Origin: Promethearchaeota archaeon | GTDB taxonomy: Archaea; Asgardarchaeota; Lokiarchaeia; Sigyniarchaeales; SOKP01 | Length of the DNA: 64,000 nucleotides | Assembly: GCA_019057795.1 (NCBI GenBank) | Contig: JAHLWS010000078.1 | Location: 32,001-96,000 of the forward strand | Reading direction: 5' to 3' | Shown: positions 42,441 through 53,265 of the stretch, piece after piece | How positions within the stretch are numbered: the first letter of the stretch is position 1 | How the letters are laid out: every line of letters begins with the position of its first letter | Made by a program: the position numbers and the translations under genes | The notes under the pieces: model-generated | Told to the model about the DNA's origin: nothing | The model's input: only the letters and a program-made list of their open reading frames with translations | Database searches by the model: none

Positions 42441-42478
42441 ATCTCCCTCCCCCGTGTTGCTCCCTCCTAAAAAATCGG
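42441..42478 (+). repeat. C-rich array repeat, copy 8
   Basis: atctccctcccccgtgttgctccctcctaaaaaatcgg. Confidence 0.92.
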
Positions 42479-42543
42479 ACATTACTCTGATTTTATATTT
42501 TTAATTTAATCTAACATTATGAAAAAATAATGAGTATTAAAGA

Positions 42544-42623
42544 GGGAAATGGTGGGAGTTGAACCCACGCTCGTCTGATTGACGGTCAGTGATCTGCCCG
42601 CGCAGTCAGGGAGATGGTCTCCC
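42544..42623 (-). pseudogene. Degenerate tRNA-like element (anticodon GTC, Asp)
   Basis: Minus strand has T arm GTGGG-TTCAACT-CCCAC and anticodon arm CTGA-CCGTCAA-TCAG; D arm and 5' acceptor are non-canonical. Confidence 0.55.
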
Positions 42624-42709
42624 ATATTTATTATTAATATTATAAAATAAATTTAGCCTAATAAATATATACATTATAGTAAAAATAATAAAAGGCTATC
42701 TTACATATT

Positions 42710-42747
42710 ATTCCTCCCCCATGGTGCCCCCTCCTAAAAAAGTAGGT
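42710..42747 (+). repeat. C-rich array repeat, copy 9
   Basis: attcctcccccatggtgccccctcctaaaaaagtaggt. Confidence 0.92.
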
Positions 42748-42817
42748 GAATATTGAATATAATTCAACAGATATTTAAAAAAGGAATTTATATCTAATAC
42801 AAAGGCTTAAGCAAAAA

Positions 42818-43957
42818 ATGAAATCTTTAGTAATCGCACTAGATACAAATGTCTTTCTACACTGTAAAAATTTTACTCAAATACAATGGGATAAAATTTT
42901 CGGAGATGATTTTGATGAAATGCTTATCTTAATCCCTTGTATGGTTTTGAAGGAATTAGACAATTTGAAATATCAAAATAAAAATGCTTTAAAAGCACTT
43001 AATAAAATAAGAGACATTGAAACTGGAAAATTTCAAGTAAAAGCGTTCGGATTAATTTCATCGATCTTACTACCTAATTGGGATAAACTTTTAGAATTGC
43101 ATAAGCAAAAACTCTCTAGGGATGAATCTGATCACCAAATTCTTGCTGAAGTTCTACTCTATCATCAAGATAATCCACAATGTAAGGTTGTGTTTGTGAC
43201 GGGTGACTATTTACCTTCAAAGTTATCTAAAGAAATAAATATTGAATGCTTATATTGGTTGGATGAAAATTTTAGAATATATTTTGAAAAAGAGAAAATT
43301 TCTACATCAAAACTAGAACCATTGGAGATTTATTTTACTGAAGAAGAAAAATTTTCAAAAGAAATCACACTGAGTAAAACAATTATTCCTCAAGAACCTT
43401 TAAGATTGGAAGATTATGAAAAAGATTTTTCTAAACCTATCCCTCATCCATTAATCTCTCATAAACCAAAAGAAGATTTTCAGCGTGAACTTGATGATTA
43501 TAACAATAAAATGGAAGAACTTTGTCGATATGCAGAAATATATCTTAGCTTAAAAAATAATTCAAATGCCCCATTTACCAACATTGATTTGTATATTCAA
43601 ATGGAATTGGAAAAGGGTTTTAAAGTAAAATATAGTAATGATATTGAGTTTCCAGAACGACCAAAAGTTATAGGTGGTCTTACTTATTTAAAACCTATAT
43701 TTCCCTCTTATTCAGTACCTAAAGAACCAAATGTAAAATATCATAAAATTATACATATAGAAAACGAGCGTAATTATGTCTGGATTATCCAAAATAGAGT
43801 TGGAAAAATAAAGCATAACGAAACAGAAATTCTTTATCCCTTAATGTTATGGATTCCAGAATATCCATCAACAGAAAAGATAGTTATTCAGGTATCTTTT
43901 ACGCAAGATCAAGAAGGGAAGATAAATGACCAAATATTATCAATTATTCTCGTATAA
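42818..43957 (+). CDS. PIN domain protein with beta-rich C-terminal domain
   Basis: ALDTNVFLH, VLKELDNLK, SDHQILAE, FVTGD. Confidence 0.85.
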   Translation: MKSLVIALDTNVFLHCKNFTQIQWDKIFGDDFDEMLILIPCMVLKELDNLKYQNKNALKALNKIRDIETGKFQVKAFGLISSILLPNWDKLLELHKQKLSRDESDHQILAEVLLYHQDNPQCKVVFVTGDYLPSKLSKEINIECLYWLDENFRIYFEKEKISTSKLEPLEIYFTEEEKFSKEITLSKTIIPQEPLRLEDYEKDFSKPIPHPLISHKPKEDFQRELDDYNNKMEELCRYAEIYLSLKNNSNAPFTNIDLYIQMELEKGFKVKYSNDIEFPERPKVIGGLTYLKPIFPSYSVPKEPNVKYHKIIHIENERNYVWIIQNRVGKIKHNETEILYPLMLWIPEYPSTEKIVIQVSFTQDQEGKINDQILSIILV

Positions 43958-44238
43958 GATCTTAATTATAACTTATTAATTTGATGTTTTCTCTTCTTTT
44001 TAAAACACATTATTTATATATATTGATTATATTATAAACCGGTTCTTATTAAAAATCAAATAAAACATAGATAGCTTTATGATGTCCAATACAATCAAAA
44101 TCTAAGTATTATGCATTCCAAACACTACCTTAAAATCTGAATAAACTCAATTTAATAGTCTTAATAAGATTTTTTATTTTTGTACACATGAAATTATTTA
44201 ATTTCAAATTGTTTAATCAAAATATGTAAGTAAAGGAA

Positions 44239-44439
44239 GTGATCGGTTTGAGATTAGATGGAGAAGGAACCTTTTTTGGTGAAATCATCGATACTCCAGA
44301 AGAATTTGTCGAAGACCTCTGCGATAGAGTCAATACCGTCTATAGCACTGCAATGGACGAGGACGATAAAATGAATCAACTCGCCTATCTCATCGGATTT
44401 CTGATTGCTCTTAAAGGAAGGCTGAATCGAGTTTTCTGA
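44239..44439 (+). CDS. Small conserved protein, recurrent in the island (copy B, last residues frameshifted)
   Basis: TPEEFVEDLCDRVN...EDDKMNQLAY...KGRLNRV, matches 38015-38224. Confidence 0.8.
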   Translation: MIGLRLDGEGTFFGEIIDTPEEFVEDLCDRVNTVYSTAMDEDDKMNQLAYLIGFLIALKGRLNRVF

Positions 44440-44642
44440 AAATAAAGAGAATTTTCGTCTATTCCCAACGAAATGTTAGACATGAATGGGAGATAATCGA
44501 ATTTTTATATTAAATAATAGATTGGGGATAGAAGAAGATTCAATTATTGCTCCATCTTCAAATGAAATGTTTCAAATCAGCAATAATTTAGATGTACAGA
44601 TTAAAAAAGCTATAGAAGAAATTTAAAAAAACTAAACAAGAA

Positions 44643-44933
44643 ATGCAAGTGTATTACTCCTATAGCCTGAAAGGATATGTTTTAGCTAAAATGGATATTC
44701 TCACTACAAAACCTAATGAATTAAACCAGTTAAAAATAGGTGATTGGAGTGATGTTTTATTAATTTCATTAGACAACGATTTAATTAATAATTTCTTGAC
44801 AAAATTAAAATCTAAACCCCAAACTAATTTATATATTATCACATCCTCAGTGGATCCAGACACAACCTATATGAATTTAGAAAGATTTGATAATTTTGGA
44901 TTAGATCTCAAAGTATTTAAAATGATTAGATAA
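44643..44933 (+). CDS. Hypothetical protein, possibly a fragment
   Basis: 96-aa ORF with no recognised motif. Confidence 0.4.
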   Translation: MQVYYSYSLKGYVLAKMDILTTKPNELNQLKIGDWSDVLLISLDNDLINNFLTKLKSKPQTNLYIITSSVDPDTTYMNLERFDNFGLDLKVFKMIR

Positions 44934-45026
44934 CCTATTAATAATTTAATATAAAGTTTAATGAGCATTTAATAGGGTAAATATTTTCAAGTATATTAAT
45001 AAAAAAATTACATTTTAATCACACCT

Positions 45027-45770
45027 ATGTTTGAAATAATATTTTTTAATTTGATTTATATAAATGAAGATTCATATAATGGTTACTTTCCTCTCCCAAT
45101 TTCATTTTCTTCATTATATCAAATTAGATGTGAGGTAATATTGGGAAAATATTTAAAAGAAAAAAACCCTCATGTTGATGGTAAAATAAAAATTTTAGAT
45201 GGTTCTTCTAAACCGAATCCAAAAATTATTTTCGAATGTCAAACATCTGACAAGTTTGTTGATTCATTTATTTATAATCCATTAAATAAATCAAATGAAG
45301 GAGTATCAGCTTTATTATCTTATGATTTTGCAAATGTAGATCTCCCTTTCATATTATTAATTGAAATCTTTGAAATAAAGATGAAATTTATTGATTCCTT
45401 AAATACTTCAAAGAAAAATAAAAATGAAATCCTCCAGATAAACATTAGATACTTATTAAAAAATTATAAAGATGCCTTAATTAGAATTGGCACTTTAGGA
45501 GAGGCAATAGCTAAAGAATTAATGCGAAAGCTTAAAATTCCTTGGAAAGATTTTAGGGGGGCAATAAATGCTCTGGTACATAAAGATATAACCCGATCAA
45601 GAATAAATTATCAGTATCTGGGACATCTACTCTCTCCCCTTTATTATATAAGAAACCAAACTCATCATTCAGAACCTAAGATTGAAATTAATGAAACTGT
45701 AGCTGAATTTGCTATAAAGAATTTAACTTTAATATTAGAACATATTTATGATAAAAATATTAGATTTTAA
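45027..45770 (+). CDS. Protein with C-terminal HEPN-like domain
   Basis: YKDALIRIGTLGE and IRNQTHH. Confidence 0.6.
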   Translation: MFEIIFFNLIYINEDSYNGYFPLPISFSSLYQIRCEVILGKYLKEKNPHVDGKIKILDGSSKPNPKIIFECQTSDKFVDSFIYNPLNKSNEGVSALLSYDFANVDLPFILLIEIFEIKMKFIDSLNTSKKNKNEILQINIRYLLKNYKDALIRIGTLGEAIAKELMRKLKIPWKDFRGAINALVHKDITRSRINYQYLGHLLSPLYYIRNQTHHSEPKIEINETVAEFAIKNLTLILEHIYDKNIRF

Positions 45771-45914
45771 TTAAAATTATTATGGATTTCTAAGAGTATT
45801 TCTAAGAGTAATCCTTTCAATTTCTAAGAGGACCTGTCTCTGATCTGGTGTCACTTTGCTATATTTTTGCCTATCTGCCTTATATTCATTCACAGAATCA
45901 CAAACTTAAGTTTT

Positions 45915-47048
45915 TTATTTATTTCCAATAAAAAAATCTTTAAAGAGCGAAAATTGATATTCATAGTTTTTATCAATGGATTTGATATAAACTTCATAGA
46001 ACATGAAAAAGGAATTCTGAAATTTTCGGAAATCCCGGAATAGCGTTTCAAATTCTTTCAATCCCATTTCCACGGTCTTTTCCCAATACGCTTTTCCTTT
46101 TCTTTCCCGTTTTAAGTTGAATTTGAGCTTAATTTCTTCTAACTTTCGATCATATAATACATCAAATCCCCTTGCATGATTAATTGCATTTCTATAATCA
46201 ATGAGATTTTCTTTATCAGAACGTTCAATTTGTAAAGAACTGCGTGGATTAAGATAATAACCAAGACCTTTCTCAAAATCATCAAAATCATCAAAATCAT
46301 CATTTTGGTCTATTTTTTGGAGATTATAAATGGAAACAATGATCGCCTTTAAAAAAGGTTCAATAACCCTCCCAAATCTATATACAAATTCATTCATACA
46401 GTCAACAAGATCCTCATCGGAGAGCTTGAATAATTCTTGTTTTTTAGTAAAAATAATCTTTAAAAAACTTTCAATAAGATTCATTGTTGTATCGATTTTA
46501 AAATTTTCAAATTGGAGTCCAAGTTTATTATAACTAGATTTAATAAATAATGTATCCGGCTGTTGTTGGCGTTCTACATATTTTAGTGCTAATTTAAACG
46601 ATTTTACCACCTTACTCTTATTTACTTGTTCTGCACTATCCAATTCTTCGAGAAATCTTTTTTTTATCAAGTCTTCAAACTCATTACCCGTAGAAATGGA
46701 AAGTAATTCTTTATGAAAATCTACTGATTGGACAATTTGCACAGAATTTTTAACTATATCTTCAATTTGTTTTACCATTTTAGGATTTTTCTTGGAAAAT
46801 TGAGCAGTTACTTTTAAAATTGTCTCTATATATTTTTTAGGTGGCATATCTAATTGGATATTTTGTTCAAGTTCTTCACCGAGCTTAGAAGAAACCCCTA
46901 AGATTTTTATTATATTTTTAAAAAAGGAAAGCATTAGCTCTTTATTTGTATTTTTTTCTAAATCCTTTTCAAGTTCTTCTAAAGATAGTCCTTCCCCGAA
47001 TATTTCTTCAAAATATTTAAATCCTTCCTTTTCCCAATTATCATTCAT
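45915..47048 (-). CDS. HEPN-like protein
   Basis: YRNAINHA. Confidence 0.55.
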   Translation of the reverse strand: MNDNWEKEGFKYFEEIFGEGLSLEELEKDLEKNTNKELMLSFFKNIIKILGVSSKLGEELEQNIQLDMPPKKYIETILKVTAQFSKKNPKMVKQIEDIVKNSVQIVQSVDFHKELLSISTGNEFEDLIKKRFLEELDSAEQVNKSKVVKSFKLALKYVERQQQPDTLFIKSSYNKLGLQFENFKIDTTMNLIESFLKIIFTKKQELFKLSDEDLVDCMNEFVYRFGRVIEPFLKAIIVSIYNLQKIDQNDDFDDFDDFEKGLGYYLNPRSSLQIERSDKENLIDYRNAINHARGFDVLYDRKLEEIKLKFNLKRERKGKAYWEKTVEMGLKEFETLFRDFRKFQNSFFMFYEVYIKSIDKNYEYQFSLFKDFFIGNK

Positions 47049-47141
47049 TTTATTTATTCAAGTTTCTTTCATTAATTTGTCCTATCCTATAATAAATGCA
47101 ACAGAAATATATCTTTTTCCTAATTCTCTCCTATTATTATT

Positions 47142-47180
47142 ATCGCCCTCCCCCGTGGTGCCCCCTCCTAATTACTCGGG
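47142..47180 (+). repeat. C-rich array repeat, copy 10 (cctaatta variant)
   Basis: atcgccctcccccgtggtgccccctcctaattactcggg. Confidence 0.92.
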
Positions 47181-47262
47181 GAAAAATTATTTTTAATTAC
47201 CTTTATAGTGAGGAAATATGGGACTCTTAATTATTGAAGGTTAATCCGTGGAGAAGAATAAA

Positions 47263-47781
47263 CTACTCAAAAATTTTATCATACTCTTCTAAAGCTTCAA
47301 TTAAAAAGTTTTTTATCCTTTTGCGATATTTTTCATTGAGTGAATAACTTTGATTTTTACTATCTATGTGGATAAGATTTTCCTTTTTCATATTTTTAAC
47401 TCGTATTCGAATACCGCCTATTTGTGGTCCCAATTGACGAGCTGAAAAATTTTCATAATTACGCTTGTCATTTTGTCTAATAACTTGTAATATTCCCTCT
47501 CTAGTAAGTGACTCATTCATACGGAGCATATTAAGTATCATTACTTGTAAATTATTGGATTCTTTAATGAGGATATTTAATTCTTCGTTAGTCCATTCAG
47601 TTCTAAATTCACCTGAGATTTTAGAAAAATCTAATATTGGAAGCAAAAGTTTTAAAGGTTCATAATAAGTATCAACAAATTCTTGGAATAGTATTTGATT
47701 CCTAAAAGGAATTTCAATACCCCCCATTTTAATACCGACTACTTTTTGATTATCAAAGGTCGGAATTATATCAACATTCAT
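47263..47781 (-). CDS. Hypothetical protein with probable C-terminal winged helix
   Basis: LTREGIL...QLGPQIGGIR...YSLNEKY. Confidence 0.55.
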   Translation of the reverse strand: MNVDIIPTFDNQKVVGIKMGGIEIPFRNQILFQEFVDTYYEPLKLLLPILDFSKISGEFRTEWTNEELNILIKESNNLQVMILNMLRMNESLTREGILQVIRQNDKRNYENFSARQLGPQIGGIRIRVKNMKKENLIHIDSKNQSYSLNEKYRKRIKNFLIEALEEYDKIFE

Positions 47782-48199
47782 TTTTTTAATTAATATTTTA
47801 TATTTCTAGTTATTTTATAGTACGCAATCTATTTAAGTTTTCGGATCGATCACTTTTATTTTATGATTGATCACTTTTTTCGTAAGTGATTGCTATTAAA
47901 TTATAAGTTTACCAATCAAGACTCAGAGCAGATTTTGAAAGTTAAAATCATCATAAAACCGGAATTATAGTTTTTTGGAAATCACCCTCAACCGGGGAAA
48001 TTTAGGAGTACTGTTGGGATTTAGATGAATACCGAGAAATGGTTAAATCGGAAAGAGAATTCAGTAAAAGAGAAACTCGAAGCTTAAATTTAATTCTTAG
48101 CTTGACTTATCTTCTAAGAATAAAATATAAAAATTCATGAATAAAGCTATTAGATAACTGAGAATTAAGTAAGATTCAAAAAAAAATAATTAAAATATA

Positions 48200-48345
48200 T
48201 TACATAACATTTTGGGAGAGTTTAATCATGCAATAAATTCTTTTAATCCTATTTTAATAAAAAATATTTATAAGCATTACTTTTTTGTTAAATTAATAGC
48301 ATAATTATAGATCCTTAGATCTGAAAACTTAATTAAATTAAAAAT
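48200..48345 (+). repeat. 146-bp duplicated leader/promoter block, copy 1
   Basis: About 4 mismatches versus 59071-59216; contains TTTATAAG. Confidence 0.9.
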
Positions 48346-48362
48346 GAAGTTTATGAATAAAT

Positions 48363-49148
48363 ATGAGTGTTAAGAAAAAAGAGATATTATTAAAACAGAT
48401 AGAAGAGATTTTTGAGGAATTTAAATTTGTGAAAAACAATTATCGCCAAGGCCATTATCCAGTTATACATTATTATAACGCTGAAGAGGGTGCGAGAATT
48501 CAAGCTTTGTATACCAAAATAATCTCATTGGTCAGAAGGTTTTATGGTCCAGAATCTCAATATTTTATACAAGTTAAGGATTTAGCTTCTAAGCTTACTA
48601 GATCTAATTTGGAGCTGATAATTGGAGTCTTAACTGCTATTTATGATATTTTGAAGAAGGATTATGAAGATCTGGATTTAGTAAGACCTATAACTTTGAA
48701 GTTTGAGAAAATCATTGAGGACATGAATCTTAATGACCAAATTTATCAGGATGTTGTTGACGAAATTAATGGGACATATAGGCACTATTACTTTAATTCT
48801 ATGTACATAATAATTCGAAAGTTATTGGAAAATCTTGTTTATGACTGTCTCAATAAGTATTATGGAACAAATCAAATAGAATTATACTATAATACAAGTA
48901 AAAATAGACATCATGGTTTTGGTACTTTAATTGAGAATTTTAACATCTTAATTAAGGTTATGAATTTCAAAACATCAGTTGGTGATATTGAACAAAATAT
49001 TATTGATTGGCTTAAAAATTTCCAAGAAAAAGGTAATAAAAATGCACATTCTTTATTTAGTCTTGCACATCAAGAAATGGTTGAAGAAAATAAAGATAAA
49101 ATAAATGAACTTATAAAAAAATTAATTTACATAAAAGAAAAATTATAA
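48363..49148 (+). CDS. DUF4145/HEPN-like protein
   Basis: IIIRKLLENL and EKGNKNAHS. Confidence 0.6.
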   Translation: MSVKKKEILLKQIEEIFEEFKFVKNNYRQGHYPVIHYYNAEEGARIQALYTKIISLVRRFYGPESQYFIQVKDLASKLTRSNLELIIGVLTAIYDILKKDYEDLDLVRPITLKFEKIIEDMNLNDQIYQDVVDEINGTYRHYYFNSMYIIIRKLLENLVYDCLNKYYGTNQIELYYNTSKNRHHGFGTLIENFNILIKVMNFKTSVGDIEQNIIDWLKNFQEKGNKNAHSLFSLAHQEMVEENKDKINELIKKLIYIKEKL

Positions 49149-49213
49149 TTTCATCGTAAGAATAGCATATAAAATATGACCTGTACATATTTTCAAGAAA
49201 TATCGATTTTTAT

Positions 49214-50269
49214 TCATTGAACTCCAAAACTAACATTTTCCATATATTTCCTATCGAGTTCATCCCTAAGATATGAGATAATATTTAAAATTCGTGACTT
49301 AAAATCACGAACCATATAATCATCGATTTGATTATCCTGTAGAGTGCCATGAATAATTTTATGTCGCTTTTTAATGTAATCATCAAGAAAATTGAGAGTT
49401 TCATTAAAACCATTAAGATCGATATTGAAAAAGGTTTTAAACAATTTTTTTATACCCCATTTTCCAGAAACCTTTTGAAAATTAAGAATTTTCATTATTT
49501 TCGCTTGCTTTTTTAAAATTTCTTTCAATATTTCAAATCTTCCTATTTCCATTCCATTATTTCCTTGTTTTTTATGAATGTATTCATTATAAACCCCTAA
49601 ACTCTTACAAATGTTATGAATTTTTTCCCAATATCGTACATTTTTCCATTTTTCTGCTAAATCTAATTTTATTCGATCAATACCAATTTTTATCCCATTT
49701 ATCTCTTTAAATCTTGAATAATAACCTAAAATAAAGGACTTACTAATTTTTGGATCAATTATAATCCCTAGCTTTTCATAAATCTCATCATCAAACTCAT
49801 CATCTAGAACAAACCATGATTCATTATGTAGAAAAAATAAATCTCTTGTGATATTTTCAAAGGCAGATACTAGAAAAACTAGACCTACAGCATAGTGGCC
49901 ATCTTTTAGTAGATTTTCTACTCTCTGTAGATTAATAGAATAAGCATTATCTACCCTTAATTGATTTAATTTCCCTAATGCGTAGCTTTCGCCTAACTCT
50001 TGAAGCTTATCTTCTTGTTTTATCTCTTCAACTGAAACAAATAGATAGTCATCTCCTTGGCGTGGATTATTAACAAAAATACAATTTAATTCTGTATTTT
50101 TCTCATCTATTAATGCGAGTCCAACAAGGTTTTTTCTCTTAGGAAAAACTTCAATAGTAGGTTTTCCTTGAAATAGTTTAATTCCCTCTTTTTTTAAATA
50201 CTCAAGATAATATTTAATAATCTTTTTTACACTATTCAAAGGGATTTGATCCTTGATATTTTCAGTCAT
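49214..50269 (-). CDS. HEPN domain protein
   Basis: LVSAFE and KRHKIIHG. Confidence 0.62.
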   Translation of the reverse strand: MTENIKDQIPLNSVKKIIKYYLEYLKKEGIKLFQGKPTIEVFPKRKNLVGLALIDEKNTELNCIFVNNPRQGDDYLFVSVEEIKQEDKLQELGESYALGKLNQLRVDNAYSINLQRVENLLKDGHYAVGLVFLVSAFENITRDLFFLHNESWFVLDDEFDDEIYEKLGIIIDPKISKSFILGYYSRFKEINGIKIGIDRIKLDLAEKWKNVRYWEKIHNICKSLGVYNEYIHKKQGNNGMEIGRFEILKEILKKQAKIMKILNFQKVSGKWGIKKLFKTFFNIDLNGFNETLNFLDDYIKKRHKIIHGTLQDNQIDDYMVRDFKSRILNIISYLRDELDRKYMENVSFGVQ

Positions 50270-50448
50270 AAAACGAACTCCTATATCAATATTTATCTTA
50301 ATTTATAATAATTGTGATAATTAGTAAAATATTAGTAATATTTGGTATCATTTGGGAATCCTATAATTTAAATATAATTGCAGTTTAATAGGATTAAAAT
50401 CCTCCTTTATTTTAGGATCTATTTTAATAAATTAATATTGAGATAACA

Positions 50449-51309
50449 ATGATTATTGAAAAGGACTTTGAGTCTATAAGAGACAATTTAATTGAAATAA
50501 AAATAATTATTAATAAGATTGAAATTGAACTAAGAAATTCCCAAATTGATCGGTCTGAATGCAAACACTTTTTATATTCTTTATATGCCACTTTCCATAA
50601 ATTAAGGGACATTTTAATCGAATTCATAGGTGTAGAAGAGTCAAAGCTTAAAGAAGGATTTGAGAAATACATTATAATCTCCTTTGAAGAATTCATTGAT
50701 TCATATCGAAGGGAATTTAAAAGGTCTTATGCGACTTATAATTCTGGAATTTTTAATGAGATTGGAAATAAAATTAATAACATTGCTGAGATGTGTGATT
50801 CGAGAGAAGGATTGACAGGAGCTTATTATCAGGATACTAGCTATATTAAAAATAAAATATATGTGCTTATTAATGCATTTAAAATCTTCATAGAAAGAAT
50901 TAATAAATTAATCCTAAAACCAGTTAAAAAAGGTATATCTGCGACTTTTTCTATAAATGAATTTATTTTACAAAATCCATTGGGATTAAATCTGAATTGG
51001 ATAATTTCTACTTGCTATTTAAGTGCTATTGAGATATTAACAATAAGCAAAAGACAAGAATTTGGTATAGTTAAAAATAAAAAGACAGAGATGAACCTAC
51101 CTTTTGATCAAAAGTTAGATGAGTTGCTTAAAGAAGTTGAAGATAGAGGAATACAATTGGATAAGAAAATGTTAGGATTTCAAAAAATGTTGAGAGATTA
51201 TAGAACTCAGGTAATTCATTATGGATATATTCCCAATGACAAGGAATTAGGACTAATTATTGAATATGCCAATAAAACATTGTCTGAATTAAGTAAAATT
51301 AAAATATAA
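50449..51309 (+). CDS. Protein with C-terminal HEPN-like domain
   Basis: LSAIE and YRTQVIHYG. Confidence 0.6.
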   Translation: MIIEKDFESIRDNLIEIKIIINKIEIELRNSQIDRSECKHFLYSLYATFHKLRDILIEFIGVEESKLKEGFEKYIIISFEEFIDSYRREFKRSYATYNSGIFNEIGNKINNIAEMCDSREGLTGAYYQDTSYIKNKIYVLINAFKIFIERINKLILKPVKKGISATFSINEFILQNPLGLNLNWIISTCYLSAIEILTISKRQEFGIVKNKKTEMNLPFDQKLDELLKEVEDRGIQLDKKMLGFQKMLRDYRTQVIHYGYIPNDKELGLIIEYANKTLSELSKIKI

Positions 51310-51460
51310 AAGTAAAAACAAAGCTTTTAATTGATAATTTCAAATTCTTCGATACAAGAAAGAAAAAGAATCAATTTTTCTCAGTTTTTTTAAATTTTTG
51401 TCTTAACCTATAATAAATGGAATATAAATATATCTTTTTCCTTGTTCTTCAATAATCATT

Positions 51461-51496
51461 ATCTCCCTCCCCCGTGGTGCCCCCTCCTAAAAAAGT
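51461..51496 (+). repeat. C-rich array repeat, copy 11
   Basis: atctccctcccccgtggtgccccctcctaaaaaagt. Confidence 0.95.
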
Positions 51497-51550
51497 GAAT
51501 GTCTTCTCCTCTCCCAATTGCCTAGGGAATTTATTTTTAAGTAAAAGTTA

Positions 51551-52093
51551 CTATTTTATTACTTCAGGCTCAATATTTGGTCCAGGATGCCAAATTAAAA
51601 AGATATTTTCGGAATAATCTTTAGTCTTCTCTTTAAAAGTCTCTAAAATATTATTATTAAATCTATCAAATCCATTAGAGTAAATTAGCATAATTCCATA
51701 ATGATATTCTGCTTGTTCAATGAAATCTAATATTTTACCCAAATCCTTTTCTAAGTTAGAAAATTTATCTTCGATATTTCTGATTGACTTCACTTCAATT
51801 ATAACTAAATTATGATCCATATAACTACGATAATGAACAACAAAATCGGGTATTTTTGCACCAATATTCTTCTCAATTATGGGGTGAGCTTTTTTGTCAA
51901 GTTCTCCATCCAGCATATATTCATAATCATCACCCAATAATTTTCGCAACTGGTGATATAATTCATAGCAATATACTCTTTCCCGATATCTCTTGTCTGG
52001 TAATTTGTACATTGAGACAGTTATATATTTTTCATCAATCAAAGTTATGGCTTTTTTAAACTTTTCCACAAAATAATCAAAATCATTTTCCAT
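51551..52093 (-). CDS. PD-(D/E)XK nuclease-like protein
   Basis: RERVYCYELYHQL, IPDFVVH, IIEVK; sole gene between copies 11 and 12. Confidence 0.72.
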   Translation of the reverse strand: MENDFDYFVEKFKKAITLIDEKYITVSMYKLPDKRYRERVYCYELYHQLRKLLGDDYEYMLDGELDKKAHPIIEKNIGAKIPDFVVHYRSYMDHNLVIIEVKSIRNIEDKFSNLEKDLGKILDFIEQAEYHYGIMLIYSNGFDRFNNNILETFKEKTKDYSENIFLIWHPGPNIEPEVIK

Positions 52094-52194
52094 AAAATCA
52101 CTCTCATTTCGAATTAAAATTACTTTTGTCTTAACCTAATATTAACGCAATAGAAATATATCTTTTTCCATATTCTCACCTATTATTAATATAA

Positions 52195-52230
52195 ACTCCC
52201 CCGTGGTGCCCCCTCCTAAAAAAGTAGGGG
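52195..52230 (+). repeat. C-rich array repeat, copy 12
   Basis: actcccccgtggtgccccctcctaaaaaagtagggg. Confidence 0.93.
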
Positions 52231-52395
52231 TGGAAGGATGTTAAAGTGGAGATTATTTTCTATCCCATATTTTCCTCTCAATTGATAGTATTAAATAGTT
52301 GGATTAATCACTAATTCTATTATCTCTTTAACAATAAAGTAAAAAAATAATATGAGGATTTAAAGTAGTGATAATTATAAAAAGGTTAGATTATT

Positions 52396-53265
52396 ATGTC
52401 TTTAGGTGTTAAATTAAAGAGTATTTTAGGATATTATCGGGAACAGATTACATTGGTAATGGATGTAATGTTTTCAACATATTATATTTTAAAAAATGAA
52501 TATATTCAGATTAGAGATCTATTAAATAGCGAGGATTATAAAAAGAGTTATACAGAATATGCAAAAATAATAAATCAACTTGAAAATAGTGCTGATGGAA
52601 CTGGTATATATTTATCTAAACAACACCACGAAATGTTAGAGAAACACCGTGAAATGAGAAGAAATATCCCTAAATCAGAACATTTAATGAATATGACTCT
52701 CGTTTATCTCATGGCACTTTTTGAAGGTTTTAATAAAAAGTTCTTTCAAACATTGCTAATAAATAAACCTGAACAAATGAAAAACAGAAAAAAAAAAATT
52801 AATTATGAAAAATTAGTTGAATTTGATTCTATAGATAAATTGCATAAATATTTAGCAGAAGAAATAACAAATAAATTAGGATATAAGGATATCGATAAGT
52901 TTAAAAACTTTTTATCAGAGCAGTATACTATAAATTTGGATAAAGAGTTTGAAAATTGGGAAGCCTTAAGGGATAATTATTACAGAAGAAATATTATAGT
53001 TCATAATAATGGTCGTATTTCTGAATTATGTATTAAAAAGTTAAATATATCACCAGACCTTTTGAATAGTAAACCTATTATGAATATTGATTATTTAACT
53101 GGAGCTTCTAATAACCTTAAAAGCTATATGGATTTTATATTCATAACTATTAAGGTAAAGTTCAAACTAGACACATCAGTAAGAAGATTTGCTCCCTTTC
53201 CTCCTAATTTTGATAAACCAATGGTTGTTAAAAGGGGAAAAGATGAGATTTTTAATGATGATTGA
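52396..53265 (+). CDS. HEPN domain protein (RiboL-PSP-HEPN-like)
   Basis: LVYLMALFEGF and RRNIIVHNNG. Confidence 0.72.
   Translation: MSLGVKLKSILGYYREQITLVMDVMFSTYYILKNEYIQIRDLLNSEDYKKSYTEYAKIINQLENSADGTGIYLSKQHHEMLEKHREMRRNIPKSEHLMNMTLVYLMALFEGFNKKFFQTLLINKPEQMKNRKKKINYEKLVEFDSIDKLHKYLAEEITNKLGYKDIDKFKNFLSEQYTINLDKEFENWEALRDNYYRRNIIVHNNGRISELCIKKLNISPDLLNSKPIMNIDYLTGASNNLKSYMDFIFITIKVKFKLDTSVRRFAPFPPNFDKPMVVKRGKDEIFNDD

Noticed and set aside
42544-42623. tRNA-Sec or a functional tRNA-Asp
   Set aside because: TCA is not centred in the loop, there is no long variable arm, U33 is absent, and the D arm and acceptor do not fold canonically
46274-46303. 9-bp tandem repeat encoding DDFDDFDDF
   Set aside because: Short in-frame microsatellite with no further structure
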